64,000 nucleotides of DNA from Novakomyces olei (Eukaryota), in the NCBI GenBank assembly GCA_016906335.1, contig JADEYG010000004.1, forward strand, positions 1,178,001 to 1,242,000, read 5' to 3'. Numbering within the stretch: the first letter of the stretch is position 1; each line of letters starts with the position of its first letter. Below the pieces are notes generated by a model that did no database searches, was not told the origin of the DNA, and saw only the letters and a program-made list of their open reading frames with translations. The position numbers were made by a program, and so were the translations under genes. This document shows positions 22,517 through 34,084 of the stretch, in pieces.

Positions 22517-24778
22517 TCACCCACGGCCGTCCCCGACACCCAAAACCCAACCGAGCCCACTGGCAAGTCGGTCCGTGACAGCGTCAGGGATAGTATGGTC
22601 CTGCTGAATACGTCGGGCTGCCGCTGTCGCAGACCGGAGAAAGCTACGTTTTGGCCGGTTTGTTCCGGGATGGCTTGAGCTGGAGTGCAAAACTTGTTCG
22701 GTTTGCCTCTCGTCAGTGTAAATGGAGCCATTGCCTACAGCTCGAGATTCGTCAGAGGCAATCAAGCCCGACTCAGTGCTCAGCCAATGCTTAGCTAAAA
22801 CAGACAGAGCAGTTTCGGGTACTACTAAAGCTGCCTCACGTAAAATAACGGCCTTTTGCTGCTGCTCCCTTGTATCACCAGGCGTGAAATGCTGTAAGAA
22901 ATCCAGAAATCCCTGGAAGGCTGCACTGTAGCTGGCCTCATTATTCCTGTCTCCGGATACGTCACGTAATAAGGGCAGTAGATGCTCCTGTACTTTACTG
23001 TAGGCCCATACATTGTCCCCCCGTCTTAGAGCCGCATGAATTGCACTAGAAGCCACTTTGGCCAAAGAGTATTCTGCCTCGTCTGGCTTGGGAGGAACGT
23101 TCATGCCATACCTCAGTCTTCTTCCCATCGGGACTAAGTCATCCATGTCCTGGTACATTCGTGACCTTTCATTGTCCGCAGTTAATAGCTCATGCAAAAT
23201 GTCTAAAGGATCCGTGTAATTTGCAAACTCTACAGGCTCAACTGCCAAAGTAGCCACCCGCCAGAGTCGGCATTTCTCTCCCAATTCACTAATTGCCGAA
23301 ACCAAAAGGCGCAGCCGTCTGTTGCGATCGCTAGTGGAAGGCAAAAGCCCGGCTAGACTTGTCGCCCTGACAAGAGAAGGCTCATCCCAGAGATGAGCCG
23401 TTTGTAGTGATTGCTCACAGGCAGTATAGACTGCTTCGACCCAGTCGCTGTCATTGTCCTGCAAATGGAAGCGGCGGAATACGTGTGCCAGTACCTGGCT
23501 TGAACCGTACTTGGTGGCTATCTGTAAGCAGTGCCGGACCAATTCACGCTGGCCAATGCCGGGCAGGTAGTTTGCCTGTAATGTGGATAAACTGTCAATA
23601 AAAGCGATGTAATCCTGACTAGTTTGGCCCCGGAAACAGAGCAGAGCATTGCAAACTAATTCGTTTTGCTGCTGAGGAGAGAGACGGTGCAAACTGGCAC
23701 AGGACGCAGTCACACCAAGGTAGGACAGAGAGGGTAAAGCGGTCCTGAACCGTAAAAGTTCATCAACATGGTCCACGTTTCTTGCCCTTAGAATGGCGAC
23801 GATACTGTCCAAATCGTCGGTTTGCGGAATCGATTCGCACTGGCAGCAGGCAGTAAAGACTGCCGCATAAAACCTATTGGCCACAGACGCAGGCAGCTCG
23901 TCTGCGGAATCTATTTCTTCTACTAGTGTACGTATACTGTCAAGGCTGCTGGTGCCCCATCGCACAATCTGTTCGAATAGAACGGCCCAGACTGAATCTG
24001 CGTCGGCTTTTGTGGACAGGTAGGGCGCTAGCATGAGCGTTATTACAGCACTGCCCGCACCAGGCTTAAAAGTGCTCAGTATGTGACGTGCCATCAACGA
24101 GGGCTCCGCAGTGCAGAATACGCGTAGAGCAATATTTGCACGATTAAACGTAAGAGCCGTACGTAAACGCTGCAGTACACGAATACTCGTTGTCAAATCT
24201 TCGAGGTGGTGCACTTTATACTTTGCCGATAGTTCAAGCAGCTGTAGGCACGTGTCGAGCTGGAGAGAGCCCTCGTCGATGGTAAAAGCACGCTCTTCAA
24301 TCCACTCGGCAAGTGATTGAGGCTGATACGCGTTTAATTTCCCATAAACATTAGACGATGCCAGGTGCCTCGCTGCTACGGCGGCCGAAAGACCAGCGGG
24401 TCTGGTCGGCTCTGCAAGACTTGGGCCAGTTTCAATCGGAGCCGGAGTGCCGTCGTTATCGTGGAGAAGCTGACTCTGTTTGTCACTCGACATAAGCTCA
24501 TGGACTTTGCCAAGCTCCGCTTCTTTTTCGGCACTGACGGCCTTTTGGCTCCATGCAGGGCTCCCGCTTGCTCCCCCAGTAGCGTCTTTTGCAGACTGAG
24601 CTGCTAGAGGCAAGTACTGCTCAGGGTCATGTGTCTCTGGGAGGAAATAGAGTAAGGCAAACTGCAGCTCAGTTGGCGATAGAGCCGGCGAGTACTGAGA
24701 AAATACTTGCTTTACTTGGTCCAACTCGCCCCGGCTGGCGCTGTCTAAAAGCGCCCACAGCGCTTGATCATGGCTCAT
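22517..24778 (-). CDS. SEC39: Sec39-domain ER tethering (Dsl1 complex) protein
   Basis: N-terminal LLYFLPET..P..Y, WI..RA..ID block and C-terminal LASGLGWVLG, typical of fungal Sec39. Confidence 0.78.
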   Translation of the reverse strand: MSHDQALWALLDSASRGELDQVKQVFSQYSPALSPTELQFALLYFLPETHDPEQYLPLAAQSAKDATGGASGSPAWSQKAVSAEKEAELGKVHELMSSDKQSQLLHDNDGTPAPIETGPSLAEPTRPAGLSAAVAARHLASSNVYGKLNAYQPQSLAEWIEERAFTIDEGSLQLDTCLQLLELSAKYKVHHLEDLTTSIRVLQRLRTALTFNRANIALRVFCTAEPSLMARHILSTFKPGAGSAVITLMLAPYLSTKADADSVWAVLFEQIVRWGTSSLDSIRTLVEEIDSADELPASVANRFYAAVFTACCQCESIPQTDDLDSIVAILRARNVDHVDELLRFRTALPSLSYLGVTASCASLHRLSPQQQNELVCNALLCFRGQTSQDYIAFIDSLSTLQANYLPGIGQRELVRHCLQIATKYGSSQVLAHVFRRFHLQDNDSDWVEAVYTACEQSLQTAHLWDEPSLVRATSLAGLLPSTSDRNRRLRLLVSAISELGEKCRLWRVATLAVEPVEFANYTDPLDILHELLTADNERSRMYQDMDDLVPMGRRLRYGMNVPPKPDEAEYSLAKVASSAIHAALRRGDNVWAYSKVQEHLLPLLRDVSGDRNNEASYSAAFQGFLDFLQHFTPGDTREQQQKAVILREAALVVPETALSVLAKHWLSTESGLIASDESRAVGNGSIYTDERQTEQVLHSSSSHPGTNRPKRSFLRSATAAARRIQQDHTIPDAVTDRLASGLGWVLGVGDGRG

Positions 24779-25078
24779 TGCCGTTCTTCCATGCTCGACT
24801 AGCGACGTGGATCAAACAATTAAATAAATAAATTGTTAAATCGACCATTGTTCGTTAAATATAAAATACAAAAATATGTAAAATAATAGAAGACGAAAAA
24901 CAATAATAGATGTAAAAAATAAAAATACAAATAAAATGGAAAATACAAATAAATGTGAAAATAATAAGCAAATGAAATGTATTAATTGTTGTACAATATT
25001 TCGCCTACACCAATTGCGTTATTGTATGCAAAAATGCCACTAAACAACGGCGTACGTGATCAAATACATCGGCTCAGA

Positions 25079-26190
25079 ATGAAGTGGCCGCTACGGGTGC
25101 CGCGGCTCAATGTATGCTTGAAGCTTTAGGTTCATTCTAACCAATCAAGAACTGCTTTTGGGGTGTGGATCTTCGGACAGGCTCGGAGCTGCTTTGCTAC
25201 TTTTCTATATTCAACAAAGTCTCGGGCCTGTATGGCATAATTGCTTTGTTTACAGGTACATTTATCGACTTCTACTCTCTGATCGTCTTTTGTGGAGTAA
25301 AACAGCTAAGTTTCTAGGCGCTACCGTGTCCGGCTGGCAAATGAGCATGTACGTCTACTCCATCGCTGCCACAATCTATTTTGTCTCGTGTCTGCCTCAC
25401 TTACGCGATGTAAGTTTTAAGCATCATTGCATTCGCGTGTTTTGCCTTTATAACTAGAATAAGAGTGTTTTGTCATGCTTTAATCTTGCCAGTACCAACA
25501 GACTCGTCTTGCTTCTTCTCTTTTATTGCTTTGTGTTAATTATTTTTAATTATTATTATTATTATTATTATTTATTATAATTATTGTTTTTTATAATTTA
25601 GTTTTTAATTTATTTACAATGCATTCATACCAAGAGTACCCTAACAAGTGCAGGAACACGCGGGCCGTGTCGTTGCCTTTGCTTATGTGTATGCGGTGGA
25701 CACTGTTATCAATACGCTATTCACCGTATTATTTGGAACGACGTGGTTCTACCTCCTTACATCCAATGATAGTGCAGCTGGTGCGAGTGGGGATACGATG
25801 AAGGAAAATGCTGGTTTTGTGAACCCTTCGCACACCGTCTCTGCTGTGCATTTAGTACCGACGGCGGTTCCAGGCACGGAAAAAGTGGCAGCCTACGGCT
25901 CAAATGCCACCAGCACTGGCTCTACGGCCAGTTTGCACCAACCGGAGTCTATTCCGAGCCTGCTTACTATAATATTCTTTTGGGTCCTCAAGTACTATTC
26001 CGTGCTTATTGTGTTTAGCTATGCTCGCAAACTGGCTGTACGTGATAGTCTGGCGAAGCAAGCCTCACTGGGCACTTCTGTACGGGACAGGGCTACCGCT
26101 GTCCTTCTTCGGCCCAATTTTTTCCGTGGATCTTCGCGCGAACGTATGAAGCGTCGTATTACCGATCCCGTGCCACATGATCGTCGGTAG
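25079..26190 (+). CDS. KEI1: Inositol phosphorylceramide synthase regulatory subunit Kei1, 4 exons
   Basis: Spliced DLRTGSEL...FNKVSGLYGIIALFTG, WQMSMYVYS and PES..S...W.LK.Y..LIV.S.AR. Confidence 0.87.
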
Positions 26191-26210
26191 GGAAGAGCGA
26201 GACGAGAAAA

Positions 26211-26256
26211 GGCAGAGCAGGCAGAGCAGGCAGAGCAGGCAGAGCAGGCAGAGCAG
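26211..26256. repeat. 9-bp repeat (GGCAGAGCA) x5
   Basis: Read directly, just 3' of KEI1. Confidence 0.9.
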
Positions 26257-26936
26257 TATTTTGGCGCTACCGGTTGGAATACTAATGTTACTAAACCTTT
26301 GGCGCTGGGATTTTGCCGTTACTGGTTTGCGTGGAGGACAGGGCGGGTTGTTCGGGCTACTACCCACGAGACACAATAATATGGATAATGATAGTATGCT
26401 GCTGGTACGAGTTTTGGGTATCAAACTACCGTATTCGTGAGCGATAGGTTTAATATATTGTACATGCCACATTTCGTATTTGCTGCCGGCCAGTATACAG
26501 CTAGAATCAATAATGGTACAGAATTTTCATAGGCCAAGGCCAATCGGCTTGTGAAACAAGCATTAGATAGCGGCCATATCTTGTATACCGTTTTTCAAGC
26601 CGCAACTAGCCAAATTGTAATATGAAATATGAAATGAAATATATAAACATATATAATTCATATTATTTAAATTATTTATATATATTATATATATTATTTA
26701 TATATTATTTTATTTATATTATTTATATTTTATTTTATTTATATATATTATTTATATATATTATTTATATATATTATTTATATATATTATTTATATATGT
26801 TATTTGTTATATTATTCATTTTATGTATATTATGTATATATTTCATATTTCATATATATTTCATATTTATATATTTCATATTTATATATTTATATATTTA
26901 TCTATAGCAAGATACAAAAATTTCAAGGCACAATCA

Positions 26937-29900
26937 ATGTTGAGGCGGACGGGCGCTGCACATCACCTGCGCCGAGTGCCTACACTCGCTCGGCCCATCC
27001 TGTGCCGGACGTGTACATCCGTCCGGCGTGAGAAATTACGTGGCTCAAGTGCGGCTGATAGCGGCCGAGATGAGAGGACAAAAACCAATTTGAGTGTTCG
27101 AAACTTTACATCATCAGCAGCAGCAGCGCCGGCACAAGTACAGCGGCTGGACGAAAAGCACCAGATCGTGGTTCTGCCTACGCCGCGGAACGGTGACGTC
27201 TTTATCCGCCCGGCGCAGTATGGCAGCGAAGACTTTGGGCGGACTTTGGCTTCGAGCGTGAGCCAGACGGGTCTCTTTGACGCCTGTGTCGAGTGCACTT
27301 ACCTCGATCGTGCGCTGCCTTTACTCCGTGGACTCGTGCGAGAGCTGCCGGCGGACGTGTTTGCCGCCTGCATTAACCGGTACTGTGAAGCACTGGCCGT
27401 TGTCTTGGCAAGGGACCAGGAGATCAAGTACTTTTCCCGTGTCTGGCGCAATATCCACCGTGCTGGCGTTTGGTCGCACTTTACTTCGTCGTACACGTAC
27501 GCCCTGTGCTGCCGGGCCGTACTTAACCTGCACGACACGGCACTTCGGGACAAGACGCTGAATGCTATCGCTCACGACTTTAAGCGCAACAGCCGGCACA
27601 GGCAGTTGGGACAGGTACTCGCCCACACTGACGTCCTCGGCGCCGCTGGTGTAACGTACCTTTTGCAGCTGTACCGTATAAATCTCGCCGACCTGCCGCT
27701 GCAGTACTGGTCCATCTCTGAGTTTCTGGGCGGGCAGCCTGCCCAAGCAGACGCAGCTGCTATAGGGGGGAAGGAAGGGAGAAAGGAAAAGGAAATTGAG
27801 GAGAGAAAAGAAAAGGAAATTGAGGGGAGGGAAGGAATAGAGATGGAAGGAGTAGAAGGAAAAGGAGGAAAAGAAGGAAAAGGAGGAAAAGGAGGAAAAG
27901 AAGGAAAAGGAGGAAAAGAAGGAAAAGGAGGAAAAGAAGGAAAAGGAATGGAAGGAGTGGAAGGAATGGAGATGGAAGGAATGGAGATGGAAGGAATGGA
28001 AATAAAAGAAAATGAAGGAGTAGAAGGAGAAATAAAAGAGATACATGGACAAAAATCAGCCGGGCAGACGACGAGTGCAGGAGTAAAGCACCCGCTGGAC
28101 GATATTGATCCTGTACTGCCGGCAATAAGCAAAGGCATCGGCCTGAACGCTCTGCGTGACTCGTTGGCCGCTCTGATTGGGCCACAGTCCCATACTCAAC
28201 CCCTCCCTGGAGCGGCAGACCAGGAAGGCGAAAGAGTAGGCGGCCAAGTGCCTACACCTCCCCTGAGCAACCTGGCGAGGCAGCGTATGCTTGAGCTGGG
28301 AGCGCTAGAGAGTGCAGAGCGGCGGTGGAAGGCGGAGTATGACGAGATGGTGTCCCGAGGCGTTGCGCCAATAACGTCTAAACGGCTCTCGTCGCTCATG
28401 TGGGAATGGCACTCTGAGCTGACAAAGCTCGTTGAGGCAGAGCAAAAAATGGTTCGTGATGGTTTGGGACTTGGCAGGGAAGGCAAGGCACAGATTGTAC
28501 ACGGAGGCGTGGCTGAGCAGCGCAAGTATGGGAGTTATTTGCTCGTTCTTTCTGCCGACAAGATCAGTGCAATTACTATTATGGAAATGCTAAGAGCGCA
28601 CTCTATGGGCGGGTTCTCTGAAGGCATCCGCACGGCCAAGGCAGTCGTCTCTGTCGGCAGAGCTCTTGAGCGGGAGTACTTGTCGGAGCGGCTGCAGCGT
28701 ATTGAAGCCCGCAAGATCCTTGGGCCGGGGTTTAACTTGAAGCAGGCGTTTAATAACGAACGTGTATTCAACGCGGCAGTGAAAAAGCTACAGCAAAATA
28801 TGGCTACAAGAGTTGGCAATAGCAATAGCAGCAACAAAGACAATAGCAGCAACAGCTCACGGGCAGAAAAAGCGCTCGACAGTACTGATGGACGTGCCGC
28901 TGTTGATGAAGGATCAGTCCTTTTACCGGCCTGGTCGAATATAGTCCGCACCAAAGTCGGATCGCTCGTGGTCGGGTACCTTATGCAGAGTGCTAAAATA
29001 ATGCAGACAGCGGTTGACGCAGAGGGCAAAGAGCTGCGGCAAGTAGCGAATGCCTTTTTCCACCGCTACGAGTTTGCTCGAGGCCAAAGGATCGGGATTA
29101 TCAGGTTCAATGATGAGCTGCTGCGGATGCTGGCGGAGACGCCAGTACGCAGTGCTCTGCATCCTTCTATGCTGCCGATGCTGGTAGAGCCGAGGAAATG
29201 GACGAGCTGGAACTCGGGAGGGTATTTGTATACGCAGTCTACGATAATGCGTATGCGCGATGCTCCAGAGCAAAAGCAGTACATTATGGTTGCCTCGGAG
29301 ACGGGGCAGTTGAACAGGGTTTACGAGGCCCTGAACGTGCTCGGCTCAACTGCCTGGCGCGTAAACGAGACCGTGTTTCGCACTATTCTGCAAGTATGGA
29401 ACTCGGGCGAAGAGTTCCCGGGCATTCAGCCTCTGCAGCTCGAGATACAAAAGCAAATGGACCGTGTACGACTAGGCAAGACTAGTCCTGGTACTAGTAC
29501 TGATACTAGTCCTGGTACTAGTCCTGGTACTGGTACTAGTCCTGGTACTGGTACTAGTCCTGGTACTAGTCCTGGTACTAGTCCTGGTACTGGTACTAGT
29601 CCTGGTACTAGTCCTGGTACTAGTCATGCTACTAGTCATGCTACTAGTACTGATACTATTACTGGTACTAGTTCTAATACTAGTTCTAATACTAGTTCTA
29701 ATACTAGTTTTAATACTAGTACTAGTACTAGAACTAGTCCTGGTGGTAAACCGTATTTCGGGACACAGACGTCGTTTGAGGAGGCGAGACAGCGCAAGAT
29801 TGATGCGATTGCAATAGCCAACAACCAGTCACGGCGCTGTGATCTCAACTACAAGGTAGAAATTGCACGGGCGTTCCTGCGTGAAGTCTTTTACTTCCCC

Positions 29901-31493
29901 CACAATCTCGATTTCCGGGGCAGAGCTTACCCGATTGCCTCACACTTCAACCACTTGGGCAACGATCTGTCCCGCAGCCTTTTGCAGTTTGCCAAAGGCC
30001 GGCCGCTGGGCGCTTCAGGGCTGCGCTGGCTCAAGATCCATCTCGCCAACCTGTGTGGAGTGGACAAGGTCAGTTTTGCAGAGAGGGTTGCGTGGACAGA
30101 GGCCAATATGCACAACGTTACTGCCTCTGCCACTGATCCACTAACGAATCTATGGTGGTCCAAGTTTGAGGATTGCTGGCAGGCGCTGGCTACATGCGTA
30201 GAACTGCATGCGGCCACCTCCTCTCCGGACCCGCTCAAGTATATTTCACATTTACCTGTCCACCAGGACGGCACTTGCAACGGACTGCAGCACTATGCCG
30301 CTCTTGGAGGCGACATTGAGGGCGCAGTTCAGGTCAACTTGGAGCCTGGCGAGGCTCCTCGAGACGTGTATGGAGCCGTTGCTGCCACAGTAAATGCGAT
30401 AGTAGAGTCAGACAGGGCAGACGCCTCCTCCCCCCACCACACAAAGGCCAAACTGCTGCAGAGTGCAGTCACACGTAAAGTAATAAAGCAGACGGTAATG
30501 ACAAACGTGTACGGTGTCACTTTTGTCGGTGCAAGAGCACAGATCCACACTCAGCTGCTTAAACGAGGAGACTCTAGGGCGACAGCGTACGAGGTGGCCA
30601 CGTACCTGGCACAGTGCACTTTTAAGGCTCTCCGCTCCATGTTTAGTGGCGCCCACGCTATCCAGGACTGGCTGTACGACAGTGCCGCAAAGATTGCCAG
30701 GTCCTATGACCCGCAGGACAGTGCGAGTACGCATATGGCCAGTGTCGTGTGGACAACGCCGCTGGATGTGCCTATCGTACAGCCCTACCGCTCCGCCAAC
30801 TATAGGGTCGTACGTACAAACCTGCAGGGCATCCAGATCAGAGACCCAGACTCGGCTACTCCCGTCGACGGCCGTCGGCAGGCGACCGCTTTCCCGCCCA
30901 ATTTTATCCATTCTCTGGACGCTACGCATATGCTCATGACGGCTCTTCGCACTCGGCAAGAAGGTATAGCTTTTGCCGCTGTACACGACTCGTACTGGAC
31001 CCACGCTGCCGATGTGGACTGCATGAACGGGATCATTAGGGACGCTTTTGTAGAACTGCACTCGCAGGATATTATGGGGAAGCTCAAGGCCGAGTTTGAG
31101 GAGCGGTACCGTGGCCATTCGTACACGGCAACAGCGCCTGTAGGGTCGCCAGAGGCGGAGGCGATCATGTCTGGCCGGTCTCCGGCCAGACACAAAGGTG
31201 GGCAGGTATATAAGGGCAAACGGGTTGCTCAGGCAGCTGAGGCTGAGGCTGATATAGAGGCAGAGACAGACGCTGAGGCTGATATAGACGCTGAGGCTGA
31301 TATAGAGGCTGAGGCAGAGGAGGCAGACGCTGAGCTACGGGAACGCGCTGTGGCAGAGAGCAAGGCCAAGTATGTTAAACGGCAAGGCGTTAAAATGGTT
31401 CGAGGCACAATACCCCTGGTGTTTGATGAATTGCCCAAGAGAGGCGAGTTTGACGTGAGAAAAGTGCGGGATAGTTTGTACTTTTTCTCGTAA
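26937..31493 (+). CDS. RPO41: Mitochondrial T7-like RNA polymerase with low-complexity insertions
   Basis: PMLVEPRKW, FYFPHNLDFRGRAYP, QDGTCNGLQHY, RKVIKQTVMTNVYG, FPPNFIHSLDATHM, VHDSYWTH and YFFS; ATG 26937 begins an Arg-rich presequence. Confidence 0.97.
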   Translation: MLRRTGAAHHLRRVPTLARPILCRTCTSVRREKLRGSSAADSGRDERTKTNLSVRNFTSSAAAAPAQVQRLDEKHQIVVLPTPRNGDVFIRPAQYGSEDFGRTLASSVSQTGLFDACVECTYLDRALPLLRGLVRELPADVFAACINRYCEALAVVLARDQEIKYFSRVWRNIHRAGVWSHFTSSYTYALCCRAVLNLHDTALRDKTLNAIAHDFKRNSRHRQLGQVLAHTDVLGAAGVTYLLQLYRINLADLPLQYWSISEFLGGQPAQADAAAIGGKEGRKEKEIEERKEKEIEGREGIEMEGVEGKGGKEGKGGKGGKEGKGGKEGKGGKEGKGMEGVEGMEMEGMEMEGMEIKENEGVEGEIKEIHGQKSAGQTTSAGVKHPLDDIDPVLPAISKGIGLNALRDSLAALIGPQSHTQPLPGAADQEGERVGGQVPTPPLSNLARQRMLELGALESAERRWKAEYDEMVSRGVAPITSKRLSSLMWEWHSELTKLVEAEQKMVRDGLGLGREGKAQIVHGGVAEQRKYGSYLLVLSADKISAITIMEMLRAHSMGGFSEGIRTAKAVVSVGRALEREYLSERLQRIEARKILGPGFNLKQAFNNERVFNAAVKKLQQNMATRVGNSNSSNKDNSSNSSRAEKALDSTDGRAAVDEGSVLLPAWSNIVRTKVGSLVVGYLMQSAKIMQTAVDAEGKELRQVANAFFHRYEFARGQRIGIIRFNDELLRMLAETPVRSALHPSMLPMLVEPRKWTSWNSGGYLYTQSTIMRMRDAPEQKQYIMVASETGQLNRVYEALNVLGSTAWRVNETVFRTILQVWNSGEEFPGIQPLQLEIQKQMDRVRLGKTSPGTSTDTSPGTSPGTGTSPGTGTSPGTSPGTSPGTGTSPGTSPGTSHATSHATSTDTITGTSSNTSSNTSSNTSFNTSTSTRTSPGGKPYFGTQTSFEEARQRKIDAIAIANNQSRRCDLNYKVEIARAFLREVFYFPHNLDFRGRAYPIASHFNHLGNDLSRSLLQFAKGRPLGASGLRWLKIHLANLCGVDKVSFAERVAWTEANMHNVTASATDPLTNLWWSKFEDCWQALATCVELHAATSSPDPLKYISHLPVHQDGTCNGLQHYAALGGDIEGAVQVNLEPGEAPRDVYGAVAATVNAIVESDRADASSPHHTKAKLLQSAVTRKVIKQTVMTNVYGVTFVGARAQIHTQLLKRGDSRATAYEVATYLAQCTFKALRSMFSGAHAIQDWLYDSAAKIARSYDPQDSASTHMASVVWTTPLDVPIVQPYRSANYRVVRTNLQGIQIRDPDSATPVDGRRQATAFPPNFIHSLDATHMLMTALRTRQEGIAFAAVHDSYWTHAADVDCMNGIIRDAFVELHSQDIMGKLKAEFEERYRGHSYTATAPVGSPEAEAIMSGRSPARHKGGQVYKGKRVAQAAEAEADIEAETDAEADIDAEADIEAEAEEADAELRERAVAESKAKYVKRQGVKMVRGTIPLVFDELPKRGEFDVRKVRDSLYFFS

Positions 31494-31589
31494 ACCAGAC
31501 TGGCTGGGCTACGACGGTTGTTTGCGAGTAAAAGTGATTTTGGGCTGGCGTGCCTCAGGTTTGTATTGTAGACTAGACGTTCGTACAGC

Positions 31590-32055
31590 ATTAATAATGA
31601 AATAATAATATAATAATATAATAATATAATAATATAATAATATAATAATATAATAATATAATAATATAATAATATAATAATATAATAATATAATAATAAT
31701 AATATAATAATATAATAATATAATAATATAATAATATAATAATATAATAATATAATAATATAATAATAATAAAATAATAAAATAATAAAATAATAAAATA
31801 ATAAAATAATAATATAATAAAATAATAAAATAATAAAATAATAAAATAATAAAATAATAAAATAATAAAATAATAAAATAATAAAATAATAAAATAATAA
31901 AATAATAAAATAATAAAATAATAAAATAATAAAATAATAAAATAATAAAATAATAAAATAATAAAATAATAAAATAATAAAATAATAAAATAATAAAATA
32001 ATAAAATAATAAAATAATAAAATAAAATAATAATAATAATAATAATAATATAACA
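31590..32055. repeat. Compound AT microsatellite (TAATATAA)n/(TAAAATAA)n
   Basis: About 450 bp of pure A/T 8-mers between convergent RPO41 and NOP53. Confidence 0.97.
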
Positions 32056-32176
32056 ATAATAGCAGCAGCAGGCTTTTTAGTTGACTCTATTATCATTGCC
32101 TTTTACCCAAACTATGGAAATCAATACAAACCCAATAACGTATCTATTATCAATCTTAACCTGAATCCCACAACTG

Positions 32177-33754
32177 TCAATCCTTGAGATAGCTATACTT
32201 TGTTTTCGGCTTTATCTTGTGCACTTTATGCTGCGCACGCAACGCCCTGGGCTCGATAACGCCACGTTCCTGAAGACTGCGGAACCGATCTGATAAGACA
32301 TGGCCCTCTGGCTTTAAGCGGCGGAGCGAGTCTGTTAACTCTTCCCTCAGCTGTAGCTGCAGCGGACGTGGCTGCATCCGATACCGTCCAAACCGCTTGC
32401 GTCTCAGTTCTATTTGACCCAAGTCTACAGTGTCCCTGGAGGCATTTAGCTTTTTCAATAGGCTCTTTTGCTCCTGTTTCTCCAGGCTTTTCTGGCCTCT
32501 TAGAACCTGATCAAAGTGTGCCTGGCGTTCATTAACCGCTCGACGAGCAAGTGCCAATTGCTTTTCCCGTCGAGCCCTGGCCTCCTTGTTTCTCTGTGCT
32601 TTTGTTTTCCGTACTGATCTAGAGCTTTTTCTTTCGGCCAGACCAGAAGCATCTACAGCGTCTTCATTTTCCCCGTCGTCTTCCTCGTCGTCTGAAGATA
32701 CTTCCTGATCATCAATCATTGCTGGAGCATTCATTACGCGTTCCAGTTTTTCTTGCTCTAATTCTGCCTTGCGTAAAAGATCTCTGGCCCGCTCTACTTC
32801 TCTTGATCCCTCAGCGGCAATCGCCGACTCCCATTCCTGTACAGAGGGATTGTAACTGTATTCGCCTTGAGGCTTTAATACATGCGCGATCGCTCGACCT
32901 TCCTTCTCCAGGGAAACGGGGTCCGATCGAAGCGTTTTCGGTGCTTTCACCACGGGAACAGTCGGCAAAGATTCATACTCTGGCTTGTGGGCTGTCCGCT
33001 CCGGGTTTTCCCACAGATTCCCTGTTTGCACAGCCCCATCAAAGTCCATAGCCGCCGCTGCCTTTTCGGCAGGTGTAGACGTTTTCGAACCCATTTTACG
33101 TAACAGTCGTAAATCTTTCCGCGAAAGCTGTGCCGACTTGGACGATGCTGGCTCGTGCTGCACGCCGTTTGTTACTATTGATTTCTGACATTAGTATTAG
33201 ACTTTCTTGATGAATTCGGTTTAACCCGCTTTGTTTTTTTGCCAGCTTTTCTCAATTCCTGTCTATCAAATTCTTTTAATCCTTCTTTTTTAATTAAATT
33301 AATCTCGATTTTTTTTTTTTTTTCATTTAATCCGGTTTTTAACCCTTTTCTTTTTAATTTTATTTTATTGACTGATTCATTGATTTATTTTTACACCGGC
33401 CTACTATTCATTCGGTTTATTGTCCAATTTTCTTCCTACCCTCTGTTTCGAATCCAATCTTTGAGGCACTGCTGGAACCGATGATCTCGCAGCCAAGATT
33501 TGATCAATCTTAGAAGGCCGCTCGAGCCGTTCACGTTTGCGCGCACCAACGTCGCCCTTTGTATCGATAGTGAACAATTCATTATCAGCCTTTTCCCGTA
33601 CAACGCCCCTAAAATAATTAGCCATCGATCGCAAAACTGTACGCTAATCATACCCTTGCCGAATTTCCTTCCGCGTCTGTTCAAGACCCCGTTCTACATC
33701 TGAAACATCAATATTGCGTCGCCACGCTTTCTTGTTCTTTCGTGAAGGCGGCAT
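32177..33754 (-). CDS. NOP53: 60S ribosome biogenesis protein Nop53 (multi-exon)
   Basis: PSRKNKKAWRRNID, LFTIDTKGD (AIM motif), SYNP and ELTDSLRRLKPEGHVLSDRFRSLQERGVIE. Confidence 0.93.
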
Positions 33755-34084
33755 TTTTGATTGACGCCTCGAGACCAGAAATTTTTATTTATTTTAAATA
33801 ATAAAACCATAAATGTAAATAAATATTTCCCTAATCTTATCGATCATTAGTGTTTATCGGTGTATACATGTACAATTATTAGTACCAGTCCTTTCTTATC
33901 ATAATACATTAGCTAATTAATACTACAAACTCTACGATGAATAATATAAGACTTGAACGATAAAGAAAAAAAAAAAATAATCATAAAGAAAAAAGAAAGA
34001 ATAAATTGATCAATATAAACTGAACGTTAAAACGGCCATACACAATTTTTGCCAGATCAGAAAACTCAAACTCAACGCTTTACG

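Noticed and set aside
26622-26936. 105-codon N-terminal extension of RPO41 in the ORF track
   Set aside because: Y/I/F low-complexity read-through of an AT-rich spacer; the real start is ATG 26937, which begins a mitochondrial presequence
29480-29745. RPO41 TSPG array as a nascent intron (contains GTACT donors and CTAAT/CTGAT-ACTAG acceptors)
   Set aside because: The GT-AG combinations examined remove non-multiples of 3 and would frameshift the polymerase; the unspliced frame is open
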